A stretch of 61,147 nucleotides of DNA, counting the filler, from Perkinsus olseni (taxonomy: Eukaryota), in the NCBI GenBank assembly GCA_013115125.1. It is 13 parts of 13 records of this genome, joined end to end, with 100 filler letters (N's around TTAATTAATTAA, not from the genome) between each part and the next. Parts side by side here need not be neighbours in the genome. Positions count along the whole stretch, not along the records: positions 9,548 to 14,213 come from JABANN010001251.1; positions 14,314 to 18,964 come from JABANN010001252.1; positions 19,065 to 23,698 come from JABANN010001253.1; positions 23,799 to 28,429 come from JABANN010001254.1; 9 more parts are not named here. The stretch is one strand, 5' to 3'. The notes under the pieces were generated by a model. That model had not been told where the DNA came from and did not search any database. It saw only the letters and a program-made list of their open reading frames with translations. Below, piece after piece: positions 12,716-24,188 of the stretch (positions are counted from its first letter, which is position 1; every line of letters begins with the position of its first letter). The position numbers and the translations under genes are program-made.

Positions 12716-14087
12716 TCACGCCATCCCCGCCTCCCCTTTGATGTCTTCCTCAAACCTCCGCAGAAATGCCGATATGCTCTCTATGATGGACCCCTGTGAG
12801 GCACTTCTCATGCCCTCCTCGACTTCTATTGCCTTCCTCAAGGAGTGGACCAAGTCCTGCACAGAACAAGCATGGAAGGTGCTACGTATTGTCCTTTCCC
12901 TCACCGACCTGAGTCCACCTTTGCACACGTAATTGCCTCTTGCTCACTTCCTCGTGATTGCTGCTCATTTGCTGTCTGACGGTGGTGCACAGGACATCAC
13001 GGCTCAACTTCTCCGCGTCAAGCTCCTTAGTGACAGCTTCTACTGAGTCGGCGAGTTTCTTATTGAGCATCTGTGAACTTGCCAGTCGCACTCGTTACAG
13101 TGACATGCCTCTATGACGAGGAGACGAAGCTCGGACTTGGAAAATAATTCCGATTCGGAAGGGTTCCCACGTTCGTTTCCTGTGAGTGTCATTCTTCTCG
13201 CACATATTCTGTATGAATTCTGTCATATTGCGCATGTGTTCACTCAGTGAATCGAACTTTGCGGTTCCGACAATCCAGTAATACCAACCTACATCATGAT
13301 TGCTCCTTCTGATGGCCGTTTCAGTCGCCACAGACTTCGATATCTCCTCTACCTAGCGAAACGCAACTGCATCATCTCAACTCCACTCGTTCGCATTGGC
13401 CCCGCGACTCCTTCCACGTCTTTCCCGTAGCAACGCCGGATAGATGCCCTTCACGCACCTGTCGCTGTAGCATGCCCAAAACGCTGTCAGTATGGCGTTT
13501 CCTTTCTTCAATCTCAGCAGCTAGTGCATTCTCCACTTCAGTTGCTCTCCTCTGCGTAAGAAAGCATCGTCTTAAGGGAAGGTGATGGGTGGCAGACCTC
13601 GAGCTCTTCGATGCGTGCCATCGCTTCTGTATGCTTCGCCTCCAACAGGGTTTTCAGCTCCTCGTTAAGTCGTTTAAGCTCATGGTCCGTTTTCGCTGCA
13701 TAAGACTCGATTGTACTCCTCAGTCGCGAAGCCTCGGCTATCACGTCCTTCCTGAAGAAGTACCCTGCTGGATCGCCCCCACAGAGGACTCACTTCGTCT
13801 CTTCAATGCACATGAGGACGTTCAAATGCTTTTCTCGTAGAGCCTCTCTCTCCTTTTCTCGAGCAGCATTCGCTTCGGTGAAGACCGCGGCCATACCAGC
13901 CACCTGTACCAGAGCAAACTACGAGAGTTCTGATAATAATGATGGTGACCTTTTTTGCTAAGCCCTCCAGCATGTCAGCCTTCTCCGACTTCCATTCCGA
14001 CAAGCCCGGTGCGCCGACGGAGGCCTGCGAAGCCTTCCTAGAAGAGGTGGCAGCCTCCCTGCTGGCAGGAGGCTCATCGAGGGTCAT
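12716..14087 (-). CDS. Multi-exon coiled-coil protein, possibly SF-assemblin/beta-giardin-like
   Basis: Successive heptad-rich exons (HELKRLNEELKTLLEAKH; KLADSVEAVTKELDAEK; SIIESISAFLRRFEEDIK) separated by short GT-AG introns. Family assignment is by resemblance only. Confidence 0.55.
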
Positions 14088-14122
14088 GAATAGGTGACTT
14101 GGAGGAAGAGGAAAAGCGTAGT

Positions 14123-14192
14123 ACTGGACGCCGTAACGGAAGACTCTTCCGTTACGGCGTCCAGTCGCGATCTCTTCCGGGAAGAGATCGCG
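14123..14192. repeat. Two abutting perfect palindromes (21-bp and 13-bp arms); inferred 8-bp duplication CGGAAGAG
   Basis: actggacgccgtaacggaaga-c-tcttccgttacggcgtccagt followed directly by cgcgatctcttcc-g-ggaagagatcgcg. Confidence 0.85.
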
Positions 14193-14313
14193 CCTGGACT
14201 GTTCGGAAGCCGANNNNNNNNNNNNNNNNNNNNNNNNNNNNNNNNNNNNNNNNNNNNTTAATTAATTAANNNNNNNNNNNNNNNNNNNNNNNNNNNNNNN
14301 NNNNNNNNNNNNN

Positions 14314-14935
14314 TCTATAAGCATTGGTTACTATGAGCTACTCTTTTGTTGGGTTCAAGTTCAACGAGGACCTGGTACCGCGACACCTTCGAACTGAGAA
14401 GAGGCGAAATTCGCCTGGCGAGTCCTCAGATGACGTCATTGAAGCATTGGATATTGTTTTTCAGCTTCATCCTGGTATTCGGGAGATATACTGCGAAAAT
14501 GCCCAAGCCTTCTGGTCTTATTCATTCAAAAAATTCGTTCACAGCAAGAATGCGATGGATCACCTCCTACTCACAACAAAGTCTTGCAATGGATGGCCAA
14601 TGCTGTTCATATCTACAACTCAGTCTCCCACGGTACTCATGGTCTATCTCCGATAAGTGTATTCTATGGCTCTCCATCCATGTGGTGTAAATTGAGTCGA
14701 CGACTTCAAGCGGAGCATCGCCCGACTGCTGGTGACGCTGAGAAGAGTCTCCCGTCTGGCTCCCTCGCGTCATTACGGTCCAAGTACTCTTCTTTTCCAA
14801 AGACGGAACCTGTCCTTGGTCCACTGTTTTATGTTGTGGATCGATGGCTATCACGCACGCAGTGCGCAGTGCGTCGCACTGCGTGACACGCAGCCGTGTC
14901 GACATTGTCTCCTTGCTTTCTGGTGAATGAAACAT
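14314..14935 (+). mobile_element. Degenerate LTR-retrotransposon integrase 3' part
   Basis: Frameshifted rve-like text (SDDVIEAL…IREIYCENAQAF…ANAVHIYNSVSHGTHGLSP) followed by a purine-rich tract at ~14943-14961. Confidence 0.6.
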
Positions 14936-15416
14936 CTGACTGCGGGGACTGGGAGAAAGGGACGGTTATGGCACACCTGAACAGGGCATGTGTCACGTGC
15001 CTCTGTTGAGGACGACAGGCCAAGGAGCAACGCCGGCCCGTCTGCCATTGCACCGGAGTGCTGGGCGTGCGAACACGCAAGCACCCAAACACTGGACTCG
15101 TTCAGCCTGGGAACCCTTGATGCCAGGGCTACCATGGCTCACCCGCAGACTCGGCTTAGGTTGAGGGTGGGAGGGTTGAATTCCACCCGGGAAGGCAGCG
15201 GGCAGGTCATGCGGAATGTCGCAGACCCGCTCACGCCGACGTAGCATAGAAAAACTGAGAAGAGAGGCAGTTGGAAGGTGGTCCACGCGTCTCCGCAGGA
15301 CCACTCCTCGCGACTGCCGTGCACAGATTACCACTCCAGAAATCGGTGATCGTAACGCAGCTAGAACTAGTGTCATCATCGGAAACGACTAGCTTAAGTA
15401 GTGCAGGATTGTGTGA

Positions 15417-16865
15417 CTACGTCCCCTGCCGCGATGGTTTCACCCTCAGTAAAGCCTGCGGCCTTCCTTGCACAAGTAGTCGCTCGGTCTCTGGTAAGGA
15501 AGATCGTACTTGTTGTGCCGGAGCGAAGAGAAGACGTCCATGAGGTGGAAGGTCGTGACCAAGAACCAGCGTAGCACCATTAGATCGTAGAAAATCATAA
15601 CCTAGAATGCGAGGCGGTAGGGCTCCCAAGTCTGCAATTAGGAACTGTTGAGTGAAGCTTCTTGACGGGCCATCCACAAAATAGAAGGATAACGAAATAT
15701 ACGACGATGTGTGAACGAATGAATTTGAATTAGAGAATAAGTCAACTTTAGATGTCTTCTTGACCAAGCTAGACAGTCTATGCTTAGTGATAATACTACT
15801 ATTCACAAATGAGCACTCGTGTCTATCAAGCAATGTAGCTTGAGATGATCAGTATTGAAATCAGAGCGACGGTGCGATCGAGTCTGTCGCCGCGTCTCCG
15901 TTTGGGGGCAGATCGGATCTGCCAGATCCTTAGTATTGGCAGCTTGAATATGCTCTCTATCATCGGCTAACTTCTTGATGGCATTGTATTCGGACGTCCA
16001 ATGAGTATTAACTCGGTGGTAGGTACACCATTTCTTCTGGCCAGGGGGTCGGTGCTTGAACTTACCATAGCCAGTAGTTGGTGCTCGCCCATAACGGTGA
16101 AGACCTTGTCCATTGCCACCACCATATCTTATCAAGGCTGCCACTTCTTCCCGTGGTGCAGCAATCTCTTCAAATGGATCTTCATCAGCCGATGGTGCTG
16201 AAGTACCGAGGGCATTCTCACTGGCGGGAGAATCATAGGGTGGGTGGCCAGCTCGATACAAGCTTGTCGGGCTACTTCGTCGACAGTAGTAAATCGCATA
16301 ACCCCCAAATGACTTGCTATGTGCTCGGGGAGAGCGTCCATAATTTTCAATATCATATCCCTGTGATGATAAGCAACAGTATTGAGCTTGACGAACTCGT
16401 CGAATTTCGGATACTCCTCCTCCTCTTCCACATTCGGTTGGGTGAAATGGGCTTCGAAGTATAGCCTGTTCAAATCATAAATCAAAGTATCCTAGGACTC
16501 ACCTGGTCCAAGATGATGGTCACGGAATCCAGCAGCAGCTTGATAGTATCAAGTTATTAAGCCCCCATATCAAGTTGATATGGGGGCTTAATAAGATGAC
16601 ACAGCAGGGCCAGGCGAACGGTGTTATCGGAACTACGGTAGTTCTCGTCGAAGGAAAGATAAGCTTGGTGAGCTCGACCAGTTAAGCAGGTAGACAATTT
16701 CCGAGATGCTTTTGATTCATCCCATTCGTTGGTACGAACACGTAATCCATAACGTGTCAGTAGATTGACAATGGACTCATCGGGGCGTCCTTGGAATGGG
16801 GGAGGTACACTTGTGTGAGAACCTGATGTTAAAGTCGATACCTTTTCAGTGTCGGGCACAGTCAT
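15417..16865 (-). mobile_element. Degenerate Ty3/Gypsy gag-protease region
   Basis: Gag-like PPPFQGRPDES…W…LTGRAH, knuckle remnant WCTYHRVNTH, protease LIDTSA and ILGYDFL. Interrupted by stops and frameshifts. Confidence 0.75.
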
Positions 16866-16870
16866 GAGGG

Positions 16871-17223
16871 TCTGGGCACCACTTGTTGTAAGTTACAACT
16901 TGTAACTCAGCAAGCCAACAGAATGGGAGAGACTTATTTCTTCTACGATGTGAGGAACAATACAATATAGCGTAATCGATCAGATTGAGCTATGAGAATT
17001 GTGTATAGGAGACAGAAAGACAAACTATAAAACAACTGTATGGGTCGTCAACCTCGTCACTGTGTATAGGCTCTGCACAGCGACGAGGCACCTCCTCGGA
17101 ATCCGGAGTCGGGGGAAATATGGCACCTGATAAAGCGCATAATTCATAGTAGCATCGCTAACTCATCCTGTCCAACTTTCTCCCACCTCTCAGCGGGGTT
17201 ATCTCCCAAGCCTCCACCTTACA
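16871..17223 (-). mobile_element. Probable 5' LTR (~16884-17223) and primer-binding site TGGTGCCCAGA
   Basis: On the minus strand …AACA-AG-TGGTGCCCAGA lies just before the gag ATG. The TGT start near 17223 is tentative. Confidence 0.5.
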
Positions 17224-17356
17224 TCTTCGACTAAGTTAGTCGAAGTCGGACTAGTCGGAAGTTAGTCGGACTAACTGGTGGTGACCACCAGGTGGTCTTC
17301 GACTACCGCTGTGATGAGTAATAGTTGATTTGAAGCGACGCAAGTCCTTCAATCAA

Positions 17357-17433
17357 CTTTGTTCCGAACAAAGAGGAACAACTTTTGATACTGCATGAGG
17401 GCCGAACAAATTGTTCGGCCCTCATGCAGTATC
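17357..17433. repeat. Double palindromic scar; inferred 8-bp duplication TTTGTTCG
   Basis: ctttgttc-c-gaacaaag, 13-nt filler, then gatactgcatgagggccgaacaa-a-ttgttcggccctcatgcagtatc (23-bp arms). Confidence 0.8.
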
Positions 17434-17574
17434 TCGATGCTCGCAGGGGCTTATTGTAGTGCCGGGTAGCCTACCCGGGGTAGGCACAACTTTTGGTTTT
17501 CCGCCTCTGTTTTGTACGAGGCCCACCATTGAGTATTTGCTGTAAAAAAAACAAATAAATAGCAGCAGCTGGAG

Positions 17575-17712
17575 CAAGCGGCGGAGGACTGGCGACTGGC
17601 ACGGTGACCGCGAGGATGGAGGAAGATGCAGATGAAGTCGGTCGAAGCCTTAGAGAAGGAAGACGTGATGACTAATTCATGTATTGCTCGTTATTAAGGA
17701 ACGTTTCAATCT
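17575..17712. repeat. Dispersed repeat shared with ~60815-60944
   Basis: cggtcgaagcctta…ggaagacgtgatga…tcatgtattgctc…attaagga.cgtttcaatc occurs at both places. Confidence 0.8.
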
Positions 17713-19608
17713 GTGATGAGTACGATTGGCATACGCGCTGGATACGGGTTCAGACAATAGGAGATAAGTAACGCATATTAAAGTCGACCGAAACGAGTAT
17801 GGGTCGTCTGCGGTGGATATGTCACCCATCGGCACATGCGCCCCGGCCTGAGCTGTTTTGAATCGTGCATGATCGACCTGAAGATACTTCTGCACGCGTA
17901 TCTTGGAGTTGAGCTTGCAAGATACGAAGTAGGTCAGGTTAGAGCCTGTGATCCTATCCATGACAACTCTTAACTCAGCAAAACCTTTCTTTTGTGAAGC
18001 TCGATTTTCATCATTTCAAGGCTTCCCTGTTACGGGTCTCCCACTGTAGTCCTTTTAGCTGGGAGGTGCGAGAAAACTATCAGCATTGCTGAGATTCGAC
18101 GAAAGGACCTAGATGTGAGAAAATTGAGGCACCCCCTTGGGACATCAGTACGTGAGATTTGGAAACTTTCTCAGCGAAGAGGAGACCCAGGCATCGGCCA
18201 TTCTCCTCTATTTCATTGGTAACCATCGGCATGACATTATTTCCACATCATGCGGAGTCCTCAGATATCCCAACCAAATTGGTTTAACCTATTCAAGTCT
18301 AACCGATGGTAGCGTACTATTGGTAGGTGCTCGGCAACTTCTACGCGATGTTTTCTTTGTACCCGAACTCTCGATGACGTATATTCAGGCTCTGGGATAG
18401 GGCTCCTTTCCAGCGTCTTTTTGCTCGTTACGCCTAACATGCCTGTCGAAATGCTAGGCTACCTGTCGACATGCTCTCATAGATCGACGAGGACTAGTCT
18501 GTGGTAGATCGGAACTCATTTGCCTGAGATCGGGTTAGGTATGGCATAGGGCGCATATACAGCTCGTCTCTAGTCCTTCGTCCTCTTATACCCTTCCCAG
18601 GCCAGTATCTTATACGGGTCGTATAAGATATTGACCTGCGACATTGACGGTCGTATAATACGACCCTGAGATGAACCTTCACTGATATCGAGTCTCTTGG
18701 ATAGCAGGCGTTCGACAGATTCTGCTCTAAGTTCCCCTTGCAGAGATCAATGCTATAGAAACTTACTATTAGTAAGGCCACTAAACAACCAAACCAGACC
18801 TCAAGTATCTCAGCTCGCTGCTAATAGGATGCAAAATTGCTCCATATGAGGCATATTCTCACTCCAAATAGGCGGCACAATGACGGACCCTTGACTTCCG
18901 TTACGTGTTATTGCTAAACCTGCTGCGTCACATCTTACTTCTTGGCCTCGGATCGATTATTCGGNNNNNNNNNNNNNNNNNNNNNNNNNNNNNNNNNNNN
19001 NNNNNNNNTTAATTAATTAANNNNNNNNNNNNNNNNNNNNNNNNNNNNNNNNNNNNNNNNNNNNATGGCGCGCGACGATTTGTACGTACAGATGTCAATA
19101 CGTACGGATGAAAATACGTACAGATGTAGGGCTACGTATTGCCCAGACTACTCTGCACGCATAAACATAGACGGAGCGTAACAGAAGCATCCCTCGGCGA
19201 CTGTCCCCTGCGTGATACGCGCTGCGTTCAATACGATGTACTGTCTCCGCCATGATGACCTAGGTAGGATGTAAAACAATATCATTTGGCGCCCAGCTCT
19301 CTACGAGATACCCTCGTGGATGAAAGCCTCTTACTATGGCCTCTAGCTATGCCCTCAAAGTATCCTGAAAAGAGGTCTCTGAGGAGCTACGATGGCGTTC
19401 CATCAGAGACAAGTCTAATTCCTGTCGCTCCGCCGATAGCACGCGCGCTCTAATCGCGACGACACTGTGGAGCACTTTCTAATCGCTAGCTCTGCGGGCC
19501 GATACTTGGCTTCCGCCGGAAGCCTTCCGGTCACGAGTTACCTTGGTCATTCTGAAAACTTGCCAGTGACAAGTTGAATCCGTTTTCAGGACTTCACCGC
19601 ATCTCAGC

Positions 19609-20022
19609 ATGGCAACCATCCTGACGCTGCTCTTTTCGGTTCTAGTAGCTACTGTGAGTGGTATACGTGTCGATTACCAGTACAGCTTCGATAACTGCCG
19701 CATCACTTTCGGTTTTGACCCATCGAGTCAAATTTCTGACGTGAAGATCAAGACAGAGTGTTTGATTCCATCTGGACCGCGCGCTGGTTCTCCCTACTCT
19801 ACTACCACTTTCACTTTCCCTATTGACGGTGGGGACTGCTTCCACTACTTCCTTATGACCCCCAAGGCCGAGAACGCCTTCGAGACTTATAGAGCGCTAT
19901 TGGAGGAATCTTGCGGTCTCTCTCTACACGAGGAGGCCTTCCACGATTATTTTCAATTCAGCGGCTTCGTGGTCGTCAATATTGACCAATCACACCAGGT
20001 ATATCTCAAGCCTATGGAGTAG
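19609..20022 (+). CDS. Small secreted hypothetical protein, 137 aa
   Basis: Clear signal peptide MATILTLLFSVLVATVSG, four Cys, intronless ATG-to-stop ORF. Confidence 0.75.
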   Translation: MATILTLLFSVLVATVSGIRVDYQYSFDNCRITFGFDPSSQISDVKIKTECLIPSGPRAGSPYSTTTFTFPIDGGDCFHYFLMTPKAENAFETYRALLEESCGLSLHEEAFHDYFQFSGFVVVNIDQSHQVYLKPME

Positions 20023-22551
20023 TCGCATCATCACCCGTGCAACTTGGCGGCAGTGAGATCGAATCGATTGATCACTGTAAATTTTGCAGGTTGCTCGAGG
20101 CGAAAGGCCTCCCCAATGTGCATTGGGCCGGCAGTGGATCTTCATCTCTTACATCAGTGTCGAGATAAGTAATATCCTTATTTTCTTTCTTAATAATAAT
20201 AGATAGTACAGCGGAATGGTTCGGTCATGCCCGGCACGCCTCCGGTATAAGTAGTGACGTAAAGTCTATTTTCTTTCAACAATTCCGAGTTTTCCGTCAT
20301 ATCCTCAAGTTATTTGCTGCGTTAACAGTCAAGTGGCGGAGTTTATGGTGAAGGTGATACCTTTACCTGTTGATGCCTGCTCATACTCTGCATTATGCAG
20401 AGTATGAGCAGAGTAACTATCATGCTTACATAAATTTAGAACAACTTCACTCCGATGGCGATGAGCCTGATTGGTCGGCTGGTGGATGCCCGTGATACCT
20501 TTTAGTGATATCGGCCCGAAAAGGTTAGGAAAGGAGTCCTATACCAGTAACCTCAGTACTCGCGTCTTGGAGAGTGCTACCGTAGCCGTAGGGGCGCGCC
20601 AGGTTGAGAAACGCGTCATCCGTTTCTCCACCAGTTCTGGACACTTCATCACAAAACGGATCTTCCGCAACCACCTGAGGCATGCCATCCTCTCTTATGT
20701 CCGCTAGTGATAAAAGGAACCCGGGTTCCACCGGCACTGTGCCATGTCCGCTTTACAGAACACCATACTCTCGTCGCCAGCGATAACTCATCACTGCACA
20801 TCTTCGTGGACAGAACCCTCGGCAGTACTGAGCCTGTACAGGTGACTATAGTAGACTCCTGTTACAAGGGCCCTGTACTACTACAGGTGAAATGAAATCC
20901 TTGCCATTGATAACCCATCGGGTTAAACCTGACAGCTTGAATAGGGAGTATGGAGAGTGGGTATATGATTGGCTTCAAACCAGTGGTTCAGGATATGCAA
21001 GCCTCTATGATGATGGTAAAGCAGTCCACTCAGAAAAGACTACTGAGGACAACATTTGAGCCGTCAACACCATTTGAATGAGGAGACATCAAGACAGCAA
21101 TACTCAGCCGCGCACTTGAGCTTACAAAACTTTTGATACAAAAGTCAGTGACATCTCTGCATCGCAGAGATAGGCTAATGGCGGTCAGTAGTGCTGCCAC
21201 AGCACCACCTGCCGCAAAACAGATATCCATGAGCGACAATTGGCAGTCGATATTCCAAGCAAGACCGTGAAGATCGATCAACTTCATGTGTACGCGTATA
21301 CGTCGGCGGCGCCGACTCGGCGCGCTGAACTCCGACGGCTCTAATAATAACAGAAAGGCCGATCGTCCTACAGATGCCAACCGAGAGACCGCCTTAGTCT
21401 TTTAGTTCCCGAAAATGAGGTTGATGCAATTTGTAACATCTACGCCTACGCTTTCGATACTGATCTGCCTCGTGAAGCAGAAAGTGAAAGCGTCAATGTC
21501 TCTGCTTACGGGCGACAAGATAAACTGAATTGAGGGCACAACTTGAGCAGTCGCGGAGATGAAGAATCCGAACTCATGGCAGGGGGGATAGAGCCTCGGA
21601 AGATCTGCGCACCCTCTTTTAGCGTTAGTGACGCGACCCTGCAGTCGAATTCTGTCAGGCCGAGATTCACGCGGAAGTCTTCATCACGACTGACGTAGAA
21701 GGTCTCGTCATTGTTGAAGAGGTTAGCGTTCGCGGCGAACGGTTCGCCACTCTCATAGTAGCCACGACACCGATAAACAGGCTTTGCGAGAGAATATGAA
21801 ACATGATAGTCCAGTAAAAGAGCTGAGAAAAAACTCGAATTCGCTTCAAGCGAATTGATGGGTATCGTTGGAGGGTTCTCCATAGTGGATGGTCCACCAG
21901 AATAAGCGGGAACTTCCCGCCGGGAAGGGATCTTCGGTAGCCTTCAAGTCCCATCAGTTCCATTTCCACTCTCCAACGAGTGTCGCTCATCGAGTCACTC
22001 GATGCGAGTGATTACGACTTCCCCACAGAACCGCACCGCGCAGCTTATTGGACACGAGTTTCCACAGCTGTTACTGTACGTCACGGAATGTGTAGGAAGC
22101 GCGCATTTGCGCAGGAGGTACAATCGGGACACGAAGTGTCCCATTGTGCGCTCAAGATAAGATAGCATCTCTCCGCGCAGGTTTTGACCTCGATAAACCA
22201 CTCGTTTATTCCGCAGAATAATGAGGTTTCGGGCAGCATTGTGTACACTGTTCGGGCCATGACTCCGACACTGGTGTTAGTAAGTGCGAAGGCTTCGCAG
22301 CGAAGCACGCTGACATTAGGGATGAAAAACTGCGCAACACCTACGCCGTAGGTGCAGTCGTAGTCGCATCATGCAGACTACATAATTATTATGTCATTAT
22401 CACTTCTGTCATCGATCCCTACAACTCTGCAGCGCTTCATACCATTCTAACGGAAAGACTCCGAAAATCGGTCTCAGTTTGAAGCGCATCTCTAATGCTA
22501 CTGGTGTCTCAGCCGGCGTCCGATGTCTGCGCCGTTACTGGTCCTCGGGTC

Positions 22552-23502
22552 GGGGGCCTATTTCATAGGACGCTTTTTCTTAGGATCCTAAGAGGTTAGG
22601 ACGCGATTTTGGGCTTAAGCCCTTTCACAAGGCCCATTTCCTTACGTTAGGGTAGGACGTTAGGACACTAGGACTTTTAAAGTTAGGAAATCCTCGATAA
22701 GGACGTTAGGATGGGTGGTTAGGTCGAAGCTATTTCACAAGACACATTTCCTAAGGTTAGGACGCGCCACTAAAGTACCTCCCGAGGTACTTTATAGAGC
22801 ATCCTAACCTGAAAAGTGGTATTCGATTCGCGAATCGCTCCGCTAAAAGCTCCCGGGTTCGAATCCTGCTGTTCTCCATTCTACATCTTTTTTCGACTTC
22901 GCTATTTTTCGTGATGCTTTTCTTTCGACTTCGCGAATTTTTCGAAATGCTTCAATAATCTATACTCTGGTTTTGCAGCTTAGTTTTGCAAACATACCAT
23001 CCGGGAAGTTCTCCGATGTTGAAGTTGACCCTCAACTTCAACATCGGAGGGCTTATCAAAAAAGTTTTGATTCAAAACCTCAACTGTTGAAGTATTGATA
23101 CGCCTCTGTGACGTATTTTGACGGCACCGGGTGAGAGCTACGTGACAACCTCATTGCGGTCCGCAATGCGCAATCCGCAATTTGCGGATAGGAGGGATAT
23201 ATTGACCACCCAAATTATCGTGATTCTTACAGGGAACCAAGATGGTCTGACGGTAGTATGTCAGGCAGACATCTGGGTGAACGTGGGTTCGATCCCTGTA
23301 ATGCTCATTTTCGCCGAAAATTGTGCTCAAAATGTCTTTCAAGGATGTCCTTATCCTCAGGTGAGGACGTCTTTAAGTTTAGGATCCTAAGGTTAAGTGA
23401 GGACAACCTTATGAAACAGCTTGTCCTTACTTAAGGATTCCTAAGGTTAGGATCCTAAACTTAAAGGCATCCTTACTCAGGAAATCCTATGAAATAGGCC
23501 CC
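22552..23502. mobile_element. Non-autonomous TIR element (MITE-like), ~950 bp
   Basis: 18-bp perfect TIR GGGGCCTATTTCATAGGA / TCCTATGAAATAGGCCCC. (C)GGGTC is duplicated on both flanks. Subterminal arrays of TTAGGA/TCCTAA. No convincing ORF. Confidence 0.85.
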
Positions 23503-24188
23503 GGGTCTATGGCGTGCGCAGGTCTGGCGCTCTGGATATCCTATGCGACGGTTCCGGAAGACCGGCCGAGGAAAAGTCCGAGTTGATGAGGCTGAGTCAA
23601 TGATACTGTGATGAGGTGCATACTAACGGGCTGTTCAATAGACAAGCGCGAGTTCGTTCCCAGGAACGTTCTTGAAGAACGTTGTTCAAGAACGTTCCNN
23701 NNNNNNNNNNNNNNNNNNNNNNNNNNNNNNNNNNNNNNNNNNTTAATTAATTAANNNNNNNNNNNNNNNNNNNNNNNNNNNNNNNNNNNNNNNNNNNNCC
23801 CAATCCTCTCCCGGGCGAGCGCGAACGTTCTTTAGAAAATGGCCACATTCTTTAGAAATATGGTTTTTCCCCCTCTCGTAGCAGGTAGTGACTGAACTAT
23901 TATAATTTGATGAATACAATTGAGTAATCCGATATGAGTTGTCGAATTCAGCACCACTGATAACCCGCACGTAGTTTGCACTAAGTGCAAATTTCTGTAT
24001 TTCCGGCGGGACACTGTATATGCGAATACCCCGGCAGAATTATGTCTCTTGATGGTGACGAGTATTCGACATGGAGTAATGGAGAGACGGGGTGTTCGAT
24101 AGACCTTTCTCGGAACTCAAGGCATTTCGATTTCAAACTGCGTGGGTTCTTTTAGGTGAAATTGTAATCCTTCTCTTTCCGTCGAGGA

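Noticed and set aside
14314-16865. A single intact retrotransposon
   Set aside because: The integrase is on + and gag-protease on -; these are two separate degenerate elements and no RT is visible.
20450-22310. Gene in the overlapping minus-strand ORFs
   Set aside because: Broken frames with no recognisable motif; possibly a pseudogene but unsupported.
22810-23310. tRNA genes at the two GGTTCGA motifs
   Set aside because: I could not build an acceptor stem or full cloverleaf; kept only as B-box-like motifs.
22575-23470. Telomere or interstitial telomeric array
   Set aside because: TTAGGA units are dispersed, in both orientations and enclosed by TIRs, not a tandem array.
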